A stretch of 64,000 nt of DNA, from assembly GCA_963674735.2 (NCBI GenBank), contig CAXXQS010000001.1:1632001-1696000 (forward strand), read 5' to 3'. This DNA is from Myxococcota bacterium (GTDB lineage: Bacteria > Myxococcota_A > SURF-8). Positions 45,095 through 56,300 of the stretch are shown piece by piece (position 1 is the stretch's first letter; each line of letters begins with the position of its first letter). Both the position numbers and the translations under genes were made by a program. Under the pieces are notes generated by a model. The model had not been told where the DNA came from. It ran no database searches and saw nothing but the letters and a program-made list of their open reading frames with translations.

Positions 45095-47699
45095 CGCCGA
45101 GAAACGTCCGACACCGCCGGAAGGGCTGCCCAAGGCAAACAACAAACCGGATCTGACCCGGATGCGAAAAGCAATGAGCTGGCGTGCCATCGACACCCCC
45201 GCCTATCGCTACATTTTGTTGGTTACGGTCGCCACGCTGCTGGCCCTTCTCGTCACACCATCCTTGTTTTCGACGACGCCGAGCTACGACGACCAGATGC
45301 TCAATCAGGTCGCGACATCCGACATCCGCTCTCCGGCCGATCTCAACATCGAGGATCTCGCTGCAACGGAGAAAAAGCGCGAGGAAGTGGAACGATCGAC
45401 CCATCCGATTTACGATTATCATCCGCAACTCTCGAACGAAATCCAGGTCCGCATCGACGAAGCCTTCAGCGCCGCCCGCACACGGCTTTATGAATTTATT
45501 CTCCATCAGGTGGTGGAACCCGAAATCGCGAGTACCAAGCCCAAGTCGACAGAAAACAAAATCGACCCCAACGCCCCGGCTGCGGAGAACAACCCGGAAG
45601 AACTGGCAGGAATCCGTCAACAAAAACTGAAGGAAATTGCGGATAACATCGAAACCTACATCGGAAAAATCAATCGCAATAAAACACTCGCCAAAGATCT
45701 GAAAAGTCATGTTCTCTTGGCCCACAACGATTTCAACAAAACCATCCAAGCCGTGGTGCCGGAGTCGAATTACTTAGATCTTTTCAACAATCATTTTTCC
45801 ATCGAGCTCAGCAACGCCCTCAAAAGCATGATCGGCGATGTCATGAGCCGCAAAATCATCAACGAAAAGGAATTGATGGAGCGGGGCGAGGATGGCTTGA
45901 TCACCATTCGGATCGTCGATAATGCCAGCAAAAAAACCGCCCAGTACGACCAACGCGATCTGAGCGGTATTTTGGATCTGAAAGAAGTAAACCGCTCCCT
46001 CTGGCGCTATACCACCATTCTCTCCGACCTTGGAAACCGACAACGGGAATTGCTGCTGCGCGTCGGGGCGAAGCTGGTTCAACCGAATCTCGCCTACAAC
46101 CGCAACTTGACCATCGAACATCGCCGCCATGCTCGCGAAGCGGTAAAAGCCATGTTTATCCCCATTAAAAAAGGGGAAGTTATTATTCGCGACGGTATGC
46201 GCTTCGAACAGCGGCACCTGGTCATCCTGCGCGCGATTGAAAATGAAATCGCGTCCACGAATCCGTTGCTCAGCCTGCTTGCCTATTTTATTTTCTTTTT
46301 CCTCGTCCTGTATTCACTGATCTTTTTCGCTTCGCGCAATATCCGTAAATTCAAGCCCGAAGCCAAAGATTACACCGCGATTGCGTTTTTAACCCTCTTG
46401 TTCATCCTGATGGTCAAGGCGGTGAGCGTCGTGGCAAACGCCCTCGACGTCGTTCTGCCGTCGTTGTCGATCGAGGCGTATTATCTGGCGATACCGGTAG
46501 CCGCCGGTGGTGCGATGGTCCGCATCATGTGCAACTCGGAAACGGCCTACGTTTTTATCGCACTGATTTCGTTGCTTTTCGGAATGCTGACCAATAATCC
46601 TGTTTTCATGAGCACCTATGCGCTGGTAACCTCCCTGATTGCCGCGGACGCCGTCGGCCAGTGCCGCACGCGAGCCACCCTTTTTCTGGCAGGCATGCGG
46701 GCTTCGCTGGTCGCAATGCTGATGGTGCTTTTCCATTCGATGGTCCAAGGCAATCTCGTCGAGATGAGTTTTTTACATCTGCTGCTGGCCGCGTTCATCA
46801 GCGGGATGGCCACCGGCTTGGTTCTCACCGGCATGACTCCGGTGATTGAATTCATTTTCAACTACACCACCGACATCAAATTGTTGGAACTGGCCAACTT
46901 AAACCACCCCCTACTGAAGAAACTGATCGTTCAAGCGCCGGGGACTTACCATCATAGTATCCTGGTCGGATCGCTGGTCGAGGCGGCGGCCGAGTCCATT
47001 CACGCCAATCCGTTGCTGGCTCGCGTCGCGGCCTATTATCACGATATCGGAAAAGTCAAAAACCCGTTGTATTTCGCGGAGAACCAGCGCGAAGGTCAGA
47101 ACCCGCACGACACCCTGAATCCCAATATGAGCGTTCTTATCCTGCTTTCGCACGTCAAGGAAGGGGCCGAGCTCGCCCGAAAACACAATTTGGGTGAGAA
47201 AATCACGTGGATTATCCAGCAGCACCACGGCACCAATCTCATTCGCTTTTTCCACCACAAGGCCTTGGAAATGCACGAAAAAGGCGACATAAAAGCGGTG
47301 GACGAACGCGATTTCCGTTATCCCGGCCCCAAACCGCAAACTCTCGAAGCCGGTCTGGTTATGTTGGCCGACTCCGTAGAAGCCGCCACCCGCAGTCTCA
47401 ACGAGCCGACACCCGAGCGCGTCCAGGGGACGGTCCAGCGTGTCATCAATATGATTTTCCGCGATGAGCAGCTCAACGAATGCGAGCTGACCCTGAAAGA
47501 TCTGCACTTAATCGCCCGTTCTTTCACACAAATCCTGATTGGGATTTACCATAACCGCCCGGTTTATCCGGGATCCAAACAGCAGGAGAAACCGCAGGAT
47601 GCCCGTTCAAATCCTCAACCGCCAGCGCAAACACACCCTGACATCGACGACGTGGAAGACACAGACGACAAAGATATTAAGCGCCTTGGGATGCACTGA
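45069..47699 (+). CDS. 7TM-HD extracellular-domain phosphohydrolase (PgpH/YqfF-like)
   Basis: N-terminal TM, large periplasmic domain, 7 TMs, [36 protein letters not shown]; conserved phoH-HD-ybeY context. Confidence 0.9.
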   Translation: MSSKTNPNNAEKRPTPPEGLPKANNKPDLTRMRKAMSWRAIDTPAYRYILLVTVATLLALLVTPSLFSTTPSYDDQMLNQVATSDIRSPADLNIEDLAATEKKREEVERSTHPIYDYHPQLSNEIQVRIDEAFSAARTRLYEFILHQVVEPEIASTKPKSTENKIDPNAPAAENNPEELAGIRQQKLKEIADNIETYIGKINRNKTLAKDLKSHVLLAHNDFNKTIQAVVPESNYLDLFNNHFSIELSNALKSMIGDVMSRKIINEKELMERGEDGLITIRIVDNASKKTAQYDQRDLSGILDLKEVNRSLWRYTTILSDLGNRQRELLLRVGAKLVQPNLAYNRNLTIEHRRHAREAVKAMFIPIKKGEVIIRDGMRFEQRHLVILRAIENEIASTNPLLSLLAYFIFFFLVLYSLIFFASRNIRKFKPEAKDYTAIAFLTLLFILMVKAVSVVANALDVVLPSLSIEAYYLAIPVAAGGAMVRIMCNSETAYVFIALISLLFGMLTNNPVFMSTYALVTSLIAADAVGQCRTRATLFLAGMRASLVAMLMVLFHSMVQGNLVEMSFLHLLLAAFISGMATGLVLTGMTPVIEFIFNYTTDIKLLELANLNHPLLKKLIVQAPGTYHHSILVGSLVEAAAESIHANPLLARVAAYYHDIGKVKNPLYFAENQREGQNPHDTLNPNMSVLILLSHVKEGAELARKHNLGEKITWIIQQHHGTNLIRFFHHKALEMHEKGDIKAVDERDFRYPGPKPQTLEAGLVMLADSVEAATRSLNEPTPERVQGTVQRVINMIFRDEQLNECELTLKDLHLIARSFTQILIGIYHNRPVYPGSKQQEKPQDARSNPQPPAQTHPDIDDVEDTDDKDIKRLGMH

Positions 47700-48030
47700 C
47701 CGCGAAGTCAGCGTGATGTTCGTTTCCGACAAGAAAATGCGTGAATTCAATAAGAAATTCCGCGATAAAGACACGTCCACGGATGTGCTGTCTTTCCCGG
47801 CCGATAGCGAACCGCAAGCGGGCGCCGACCTCGACTACCTCGGCGACATCCTCATCTCAACCGAAACCGCCGCGCGTCAGGCGCAGGAGATCGGGCACAG
47901 TTTCGACGACGAAATCACGCGTCTGCTGGTCCACGGCATGCTACACCTGCTGGGGTACGATCACCAGGATTCCAAAAGCGCCCGCAGCATGCGCGCCAAA
48001 GAAAAAGCGCTTCTGTCGAAACTGGATTAA
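47599..48030 (+). CDS. ybeY: rRNA maturation endoribonuclease YbeY
   Basis: N..FR.KD..TDVLSFP, LGDILIS, HGMLHLLGYDH. Confidence 0.95.
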   Translation: MPVQILNRQRKHTLTSTTWKTQTTKILSALGCTDREVSVMFVSDKKMREFNKKFRDKDTSTDVLSFPADSEPQAGADLDYLGDILISTETAARQAQEIGHSFDDEITRLLVHGMLHLLGYDHQDSKSARSMRAKEKALLSKLD

Positions 48031-48056
48031 CGACAACCAAAACACGATTGCGATTC

Positions 48057-49669
48057 ATGATGTCTTTCCTTTCTCAAGCCGGTTTAATCCTCCTATCCGC
48101 CTTTTTATTGGCTTTTTCGCATCCCTGGTCGCCTCCGATCATCTCCCGCAGCCAAAACCTGATAGCCGATCATGGGTTACAGGCTTTGCTGGCATGGATC
48201 GGACTGCTTCCCTTTTTGCTGCTAGCGAAGCGACTCAAAGGCGGACGGCTGTTCGCCGCCGCCCTGGGGTTGTCGTTCGCCTACTTTTTCCTGTCGCTCT
48301 TCTGGATCAACAACGCCATCGTGATTTATGGCAACCTAAACCTGCTCGTCTCGTTCGCCATGACCGGCGGTTTGAGCCTGCTGATGGGATCGATGTGGGC
48401 GTTCGGGCTTTTCTGGGGGATTCTGGCCCACCGGCACACGGGCTTGCGATTGTCCATCACCCTTCCGATATGTGTGGTGGCCTGGGAGTTCATCCGCAAC
48501 TACTTTTTTACCGGCTTCCCCTGGCAAAACCTGGCCTATAGTCAACACTACAACGCCCCGGTCCTGCAAACGGCTTCCCTCTGGGGTATTTACGGCATCA
48601 ACTTCATGTTGATTTTGAGCAATGCCGTTCTCTACGAATTGATCCAATGGCGGCGAACGAAACAGAAAGAAGACTTTCCGCGATACAGCGTCGCTTTGCT
48701 GGTGGGTCTGGTCGGTTTCTCCTACGCCTACGGCGTCGTCATGATGCACGTGAACGACCGACGCGAAGCCGCAGCACCGCGTTTGAAAGCCGCCCTGATA
48801 CAGGGAAACATCGATCAAGATACCAAGAACGACTCCTACCGCTTCGCCTATCGCATCCTCGACGTTTACCAGGGGCTGACGCTTCAGGTGCCCGACGATG
48901 TGGACTTGGTCATTTGGCCCGAGGCGGCCTATCCCTTCAACGTCCCGCACGGCTCCACTCACATGAGCCGCGTCTTCTCCCGGCCCAACAGCACCTGGCC
49001 GAGCCGCTTACCTTGGCATATGTTAATCGGTATCCCGACTTACGAAAGGCTACCGAATCTAAAGAAATACTTCAACTCTGCTTTCCTCCTCGACCCCGAC
49101 ATGAAAGTGCTCGGATCCTTCGACAAATCGCACCTGGTGCCCTTTGGCGAATACGTTCCTTTCCACAAATTCATCGACGTCAACAAAATCGTACCCGGCG
49201 CGGGTATGTTCTACCCCGGCACCCTGGGACAAGGACTGAGTTTCGGCGATTATCGTTTCGGCGCACTCATCTGCTACGAAGGCATTTTTCCGAAATCTCG
49301 CGCGAGTACGCGAATATCGGAGTCCAGTTTCTTGTTAATATTACCAACGACGCCTGGTACGGTCCTTCCAGCGCGCCGTATCAACACCTGGCCTTCTACA
49401 GCTTCCGGGCCGTCGAAACGGGCAAGGCCTTGCTGCGCGCCGCCAACACCGGTTTTTCGGCTTGGATCGACAGCTCGGGCCGTATTCGCAAGCGCACCGA
49501 TCTGTTCTCCCGCACGATCTTGATCGACTCCATTCCTCTGATGAATCACCGAACCCTCTATCGCATCATCGGGGACAGTTTCGTTTGGCCAATGATCGCA
49601 ATGTGGCTATACTGGACGTTGGGGATACTTCGATCAAGCAGACGCAGTCAAAGGCGGAAAAGCACTTGA
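48057..49669 (+). CDS. lnt: Apolipoprotein N-acyltransferase, split by an apparent frameshift at ~49285-49292
   Basis: TGFPW..LAYSQ, IQGNI, IWPEAA, KSHLVPFGEYVP, ICYEGIF; continues in another frame as EISR...NITNDAWYG..YQH..RAVETG..RAANTG. Confidence 0.9.
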
Positions 49670-49734
49670 GATATACACTTGTTTAACTTATCATAATTTC
49701 GCCGTTTAAGAGTCCACACACAAGGAGGACGACA

Positions 49735-50649
49735 ATGAATCGCATCCTCGCGAAAAAAAAGCTCGCGGAGAAAGTCTGGTACTACCGTATCGAGGCTCCG
49801 CTCATCGCTAAACGCAGAAAAGCCGGTCAATTCATTATGTTGCGTCTATGGGAAGGCGGCGAACGCATCCCGTTGACCATCGCGGACGCCGATCCCGAAG
49901 AGGGTTCCATCACCTTGATCGTGCAGGAAGTGGGAAAAACCACGGTCATGATGGCCGATCTCGAAGTCGGCGATTTCATTCTGGACCTGGCCGGTCCTCT
50001 CGGCAAACCGACCCATGTCGAAAAGGTCGGGACGGTCGTGATGGTTGGCGGCGGCATCGGCGTCGCACCTGCCCATCCCATCGCTCAGGCCATGAAAGCC
50101 GCCGGAAACAAAGTGATTTCGATTCTGGGGGCTCGCAACAAAGAACTGATCATCATGGAGGAGGAAACGCGGCGCGCCTCCGACGAAGTGCTGATCGTCA
50201 CCGACGACGGTAGCTACGGAGTCAAGGGCTTTGTCACGACCGCGCTGCAGGGCTTGATCGACAAAGGTGAAAAGATCGATATGGTTATTGCCATCGGTCC
50301 GCCCATCATGATGAAATTTGTCTCGGAACTCACCCGCCCCTACAAGATCCACACCGTTGTGTCGCTCAACACCATCATGATCGACGGAACGGGAATGTGC
50401 GGCGGCTGCCGGGTTCTGATCGACGGAAAAAACAAGTTCGTCTGCGTCGACGGTCCGGAATTCGACGGACACAAGGTCGATTTCGACAACATGATGGCGC
50501 GCCAGCGTGCTTACGTCGAGGCCGAAAGCCAGTCGCTGCAGAACTTCGAAAAAGCCGACCACCAAATCGGCGACAAGGGATGCAACTTGCACGCGATGAT
50601 GCAGGACACGCAGGATTCGTCTAAAGAGACCGGAGGCGACCATGAGTGA
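49735..50649 (+). CDS. nfnA: NADH-dependent reduced ferredoxin:NADP+ oxidoreductase small subunit (NfnA/SudB)
   Basis: AGQFIMLR..GERIPLTIAD, GGGIGVAP, AIGPPIMM, DGTGMCGGCRV..CVDGPEF [2Fe-2S] motif. Confidence 0.88.
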   Translation: MNRILAKKKLAEKVWYYRIEAPLIAKRRKAGQFIMLRLWEGGERIPLTIADADPEEGSITLIVQEVGKTTVMMADLEVGDFILDLAGPLGKPTHVEKVGTVVMVGGGIGVAPAHPIAQAMKAAGNKVISILGARNKELIIMEEETRRASDEVLIVTDDGSYGVKGFVTTALQGLIDKGEKIDMVIAIGPPIMMKFVSELTRPYKIHTVVSLNTIMIDGTGMCGGCRVLIDGKNKFVCVDGPEFDGHKVDFDNMMARQRAYVEAESQSLQNFEKADHQIGDKGCNLHAMMQDTQDSSKETGGDHE

Positions 50650-52120
50650 TGATCGCAAAAGCAAACTCGACGCTCTGAAAGCCCGCTACCCCGAAATGAA
50701 ATTGAAAGACCGTCTGGCACTCGATCAACAGCCCATGCAAGAGCAGGCCCCGGAAGTCCGTCGTCGAAATATCAAGGAAGTCCCGCTTGGTTACGACGAA
50801 ATCGCCGCTCAACTCGAAGCCATGCGCTGTCTCGAATGCAAGAAAAAGCCCTGTGTGGCGGGTTGCCCGGTAAACATCGATATCCCCACCTTCGTTGTGG
50901 CCATCCGCAAAGGCGACTTCAAAAAGGCCATCGGCGTGATCCGGGAGTCCAACTGTCTGCCCGCCGTGACGGGCCGCGTCTGCCCGCAGGAAGTGCAATG
51001 CCAGGCCCAGTGCACGGTCGGGAAATCCAAGAAGGATGTCCTGCAATCCGTGTCCATCGGGCGGCTGGAACGTTTCGTGGCTGACTGGGAGCGCGAGCAC
51101 GCCATGCTTGACATCCCCGAACCGGCCCCCGCCACCGGCAAGCGCATCGCGATCGTGGGCTCGGGTCCGGCCGGCTTGACCGTCGCGGGCGACCTGCGCA
51201 AGCTCGGCCACGACGTGACGATCTTCGAGGCCTTTCACAAGTTCGGCGGCGTGCTGGTTTACGGCATCCCCGAGTTCCGCCTGCCGAAAGCCATCGTGCA
51301 ATCGGAGGTGGATTACCTGGAAAAACTGGGCGTCCACTTCGAGCCCAACGTTGTTGTGGGGCAAACCCTGTCGATCGAGGAACTGCTCGAAGAAGAAGGA
51401 TTCGATGCCGTCTTCGTGGGAACAGGAGCCGGTCTTCCCTACTTCATGAACATTTCGGGTGAGGAGTTGATCGGGGTTTACTCCGCCAACGAATACCTCA
51501 CGCGCGCCAATATGATGAAAGCTTACACCTTCCCCGACACCGACACGCCGACCATCAAAGGCAAAAACGTCGCGGTGTTCGGCGGGGGAAACGTCGCCAT
51601 GGACTCTGCCCGTACCGCCATGCGGCTCGGGGCTGAAAACGTCTACCTGGTTTATCGACGTTCCGAAGAAGAGATGCCCGCCCGCACGGAAGAGGCGCAC
51701 CACGCCAAAGAAGAAGGCATTCAATTCCTGCTGCTGACCAATCCCATCGCCATTTTGGAGGGGGAAAAGGAACGCGTCGGGAGCATCCGGGTGATTAAAA
51801 TGGAACTGGGTGAACCCGATGCTTCGGGACGACGGCGACCGATTCCGATCGAAGGATCGGAATACGAGTTGGAAGTCGACCTCGTCATCGAAGCCATCGG
51901 CAACGGTCCCAACCCGCTGGTTCCCGCCAGCACACCGGGATTGGAAGTCACCCGGCGCGGAAACATCGTGGCAGATAAGGAGCTTTGCAAAACCAGCAAA
52001 AAAGGGGTTTTCGCAGGCGGCGACATTGTTTTGGGAGCGGCAACGGTGATCTTGGCCATGGGCGAAGGGCGCCGCGCGGCTCGTGCGATTCACGACTATC
52101 TGGCCACCGGTGAATGGTAG
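50642..52120 (+). CDS. nfnB: Nfn large subunit (NfnB/SudA; GltD-like)
   Basis: RCLECKKKPCVAGCP, GRVCPQEVQC, GSGPAG, YGIPEFRLPK, GGGNVAMD, GAATVILAMGEG; overlaps nfnA. Confidence 0.88.
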   Translation: MSDDRKSKLDALKARYPEMKLKDRLALDQQPMQEQAPEVRRRNIKEVPLGYDEIAAQLEAMRCLECKKKPCVAGCPVNIDIPTFVVAIRKGDFKKAIGVIRESNCLPAVTGRVCPQEVQCQAQCTVGKSKKDVLQSVSIGRLERFVADWEREHAMLDIPEPAPATGKRIAIVGSGPAGLTVAGDLRKLGHDVTIFEAFHKFGGVLVYGIPEFRLPKAIVQSEVDYLEKLGVHFEPNVVVGQTLSIEELLEEEGFDAVFVGTGAGLPYFMNISGEELIGVYSANEYLTRANMMKAYTFPDTDTPTIKGKNVAVFGGGNVAMDSARTAMRLGAENVYLVYRRSEEEMPARTEEAHHAKEEGIQFLLLTNPIAILEGEKERVGSIRVIKMELGEPDASGRRRPIPIEGSEYELEVDLVIEAIGNGPNPLVPASTPGLEVTRRGNIVADKELCKTSKKGVFAGGDIVLGAATVILAMGEGRRAARAIHDYLATGEW

Positions 52121-52160
52121 ATTCCCGCCACCGACCTGAAGTGAAAAACAAGGGGTAAAC

Positions 52161-53351
52161 GTGACAGCCATGGCAAAGCGGTTGAAATCCCTGGCGATCA
52201 ACCTACTTCTATTTGGCTGCGCCTGCCTGATCGCTCTGTTCATCGCTGAAGGTCTGGTGCGCATCGTCGTCAAGCCGCGCCTCGACATTCCTCCGCGCAA
52301 CTTCTACCAGATCGACCCCGATCTGGGATACACGCACACGTCCAACTACAATGGACGTCGTGTACGCCCCGAATTCGATGTCAAACTGGAAACGAATGCC
52401 TTCGGCTTGCGCGGAAAGCCCATCGCGAAAGAAAAGCCGCCCCAAACTCTGCGGATACTCCTGCTCGGCGACAGCTTCGCCGAATCGGCCAACGCGGATC
52501 TGGAAGCCAGCTTCCCCTACCTGCTCGAACAGGATCTCCGCATCGACGCGACGGCCAAAGGACTGCGTCTGGAAGTTTTAAACGCCGGTGTCGGGGGCTG
52601 GGGACCGGAACATTACATCACCTATCTGCGGAAATTCGGCTTGGCTTTTCAGCCGGATATCGTTCTGGTAGCCAGCTTCCAGGGCAACGACCTTTTCGAG
52701 GATATCCGCACCGATTTCGTGATCGAGGATGGTTATCTCACACGCAAGCAACAAAACACGTCGCTGAAAAGCCGGGCTGTCCGCGCCATCAACCACGCGC
52801 TCAAACGACAGTCGGCGCTTTATGTTGTTCTCAAAGCCCGCCTCGAAAACCTCTTGTGGCATCTGGGATTACGGCCCTACACACTACCTCGTGAAATTCT
52901 GGCCAAGGATGACAGCGCGATTATGAAGCGCTATATCATTACCATGAGCCATTTTTCCTCGATCAACAAGGATTGCCGAGATCGCGACATCCCCTGGTTC
53001 CTGGTCCTGATTCCGTCCCAATACCAAGTAGAGGACGAACTGCTGAAGCGTTACTCCGAGGTATACGGATTCAGTATGGACGATGTGGATATCGAGAAAT
53101 TCGGACGGCGCATCGGACGATGGACCGTCAAGGAAAGTGTACCCGTTCTAAACTTGCTAGAGCCTTTCCGCCGATACGGAAAACCCCTCTATTACCCGAT
53201 GGACCGTCACCTCAATCCCGACGGACATCGTCTGACAGCCGCTCTGATGGCGAAATTCATACGAAATTCACCCAGCTATCAACATCTGTTGATGGACATG
53301 GCCAAAGCACCGACGAAGAAAACGGAACCAGCCCCCGCCGCTCCGGAATGA
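52161..53351 (+). CDS. Membrane-anchored SGNH/GDSL hydrolase (AlgX/AlgJ-like)
   Basis: N-terminal TM, TNAFGLRG, LLLGDSF, LNAGVGG, GND, DRHLNPDGH. Confidence 0.8.
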   Translation: MTAMAKRLKSLAINLLLFGCACLIALFIAEGLVRIVVKPRLDIPPRNFYQIDPDLGYTHTSNYNGRRVRPEFDVKLETNAFGLRGKPIAKEKPPQTLRILLLGDSFAESANADLEASFPYLLEQDLRIDATAKGLRLEVLNAGVGGWGPEHYITYLRKFGLAFQPDIVLVASFQGNDLFEDIRTDFVIEDGYLTRKQQNTSLKSRAVRAINHALKRQSALYVVLKARLENLLWHLGLRPYTLPREILAKDDSAIMKRYIITMSHFSSINKDCRDRDIPWFLVLIPSQYQVEDELLKRYSEVYGFSMDDVDIEKFGRRIGRWTVKESVPVLNLLEPFRRYGKPLYYPMDRHLNPDGHRLTAALMAKFIRNSPSYQHLLMDMAKAPTKKTEPAPAAPE

Positions 53352-53373
53352 TGGCGACTGACTTCGAAAATTC

Positions 53374-56300
53374 CTATTCCAGCACCATGCCTTTGGATCC
53401 GAGGATCATTTCGGCCTTATCGATCAGGTCGGCACAGGGATCGACGCGCCAGGCGTTGGGTAAATTGACCACGCTCTCATACTCCCCTTCCAACTTGTAG
53501 TGGCACGACACCGGACAAGCCCCCGCATAATTTTTCAGAAGCTCGCTTAAATCGGTGAGGCGCTTGCGATCGATATCCGCCGGAAGCATGCAATGTACGC
53601 GGCGGGCAGAGGACTTGAGCACATCGATCAACGGTCGAATCGAAATGACGCGTAGTTTAACCACGGCTTCGTCACCTTCACCATCCACCATCACCTGACC
53701 GTTGACGATGATCGGATCGCTCGACGTCAGATATTCGGCGCAACTCTCGTAAGCCTTTTTAAATACGGCGCATTCGATCGAACCCAAGGTATCTTGAAGC
53801 ATGAAAAAGGCGGTCCGTCCGCTCCCGTCACGCATCGGCCGATCCCGCAGCTCGGTGACGACACCGGCGAGGGTGACCTCCTCCCGATTGTCGAATTGCG
53901 TGATTCCATCGAAAGTCGTCGTGGTATAGCGTTTCGCATCTTCCGCATAGCGATCCATCGGGTGAGCGGAAAGGTAAATGCCGAGCACACTCTGCTCGAA
54001 ATCCAACCGTTCTTTCTCGGTCCACTCCTCGACCTCGGGATAATCCTCGGCGAACGCCGGGGTGGCGGCATCTTTAGTTGCACCACCAAACATATCCATC
54101 AGGCTGGTTTGACCGGAAGCGCGATCCCGTTGCCGCGCCTGCCCCGCGTCGACGGCTTTATCCAGAACACCGAGCAAGATCGCCCGGCTTTTATTGGTGA
54201 AATCGAAGGCTCCGGCTTTGATCAACGCTTCGAGAACCTTCTTGTTGACCTTCCCCAGATCGACTTCCTCGCAAAACTCGTAAAGTGAGGCAAAGGGCTT
54301 TTTCTGGCGCGCCTCGATGAGGGTTTCGATGGCGCCGGTCCCAACGCCTTTGACCGCCCCCATCCCATAGCGGATCATACCGTCTTCGACGGTGAACTCC
54401 CGCTCCGACCGGGTGGCGCAGGGCGGCAGCACCTTGATTTGCATGCGCTTGGCTTCCTGAACGAACTTCACCACCTTCTCGGTGTGCTCCATATCGCAAG
54501 TCAGAGTCGCGGCGAGAAACTCGATCGGATGATAAGTCTTCATATAAGCGGTTCGATATGAAATCAGCGCGTAAGCGGCCGCATGAGACTTATTGAAGCC
54601 GTATTGGGCGAACTCGACCATGTCGTCGGTCACCTTTTGAATGACCTCCTCAGAAAAGCCCTTCTCCGCTGCGCCGGTTTTGAATTTTCCCAACATTTCC
54701 GCCATGAGCTTGGCTTTTTTCTTACCCATGGCTTTCCGCAGCGTATCGGCCTCGGCCATACTGAACCCGGCCATTTCGCCCGCGATCTGCATCACCTGTT
54801 CCTGGTAGACGATCAACCCGTAGGTTTCTTTCAGGATGCCTTCCAGAACCGGATGAACAAACACGATTTTTTCGCGCCCGTGTTTACGATCCACCAAGGT
54901 GGGAATGTTTTCCATCGGGCCGGGACGATACAGAGCCACCGCCAGAATGATATCCTCGAAACAATCCGGTTTGAGCCGTTTGAGCATGCGCTGGAAACCA
55001 CCCGATTCCATCTGAAAAACTCCGTTGGTTTCACCCGATGAAATCAGCTCGTACACCTTCGGGTCGTCGGGGAGCAAGCGCTCGATATCGAGTTTTTCTC
55101 CCTCCGTGCGCCCCCGGTTGACCAGTTTTTGGGCCTCGTCGATAACCGTGAGAGTTTTCAACCCGAGAAAATCGAACTTGACCAGCCCCACCGCCTCGAC
55201 TTCGTCCTTGGCGTACTGGGTTATCAGGGCATCGTCACCGCGAATCACTGGCACCATTTCCCATAACGGTTTTTCGGCGATCACCACGCCCGCTGCATGA
55301 ATGCCCGTATGCCGGTGCATTCCTTCCAGCCCCTTGGCGGTATCGTACATTCTCTGATATTCGGAACTGGTGGCCAGCAACTCTCCCAAACGCGGTTCGT
55401 CTTTCAGTGCCGACTCCAAGGTGGTCTTCGGACCATCGGGAACGAGTTTGGCGATACGATCCGCCTCGGGAATAGGGATATCGAAAGCGCGGCAGATGTC
55501 GCGAACCACACCTCGCGCCTTGAGGCTTCCAAACGTGATGATCTGCCCCACATTGTTTTCACCGTAAGTCCGCCCCACATAGCGGATGACTTCATCCCGA
55601 CGATTCATGCAGAAATCGACGTCGAAATCCGGCATGGAGATACGTTCGGGATTTAGAAAACGCTCGAAGATCAGTTTATACGGCAAGGGGTCCAGGTCGG
55701 TGATCTTCAGCGAATACGCAACCAACGATCCGACACCCGAGCCACGCCCCGGTCCCACCGGAATCCCCTGGCTTTTCGCATAGTTGATGAAATCGGCTAC
55801 AATCAGGAAATAGCCGGAAAATTTCATCTTTTTGATGATTCCGATCTCGTAATCCAAACGCGCATCATATTTTTCGCGATCGATCGGATAAGTCGTCTTG
55901 GCCAGACGCTCCTCATAGCCCTCGCGGGTTCGCAACTCGAAATAGCTATCCTGGTCGTGCCCCTCGGGAACTTCGAACAAGGGCAGCTTCGGGTTATCAA
56001 GCTCCAACTCAACCTGACAGCGCTGTGCGATTTTCAGCGTATTTTCAACCGCTTCCGGATAGTCGGCGAATAACTCACGCATGTCTTCCGGCGAGCGCAA
56101 ATACAAGCTGTCCGTATCGTAGCGCAAACGTCCCGGATCCTGTTTGAGCTTGCCATGCCCGATACATAAAAGGGAATCGTGGTAATCGTAATCGTTCGGC
56201 ATCAAATAGTGTACGTCGTTGGTCGCAATCAAGGGTAAATCAAGCTTCTTCGACAGCTTGACCAACTGCTCGTTCACTTTGCTTTGAATCGGAATTCCGT

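Noticed and set aside
47599-47699. 101-nt overlap between the 7TM-HD gene and ybeY
   Set aside because: Both genes are complete and the overlap covers only a low-complexity tail in a conserved operon; not enough to claim anything new.
44829-49292. Programmed frameshifting or phase variation as the cause of the phoH and lnt splits
   Set aside because: The runs are short (5 nt), there are no evident stimulatory signals, and two such indels in conserved genes are better explained by sequencing error.
50642-52120. Calling this glutamate synthase small subunit gltD
   Set aside because: It is paired with an NfnA-type subunit and no gltB is adjacent.
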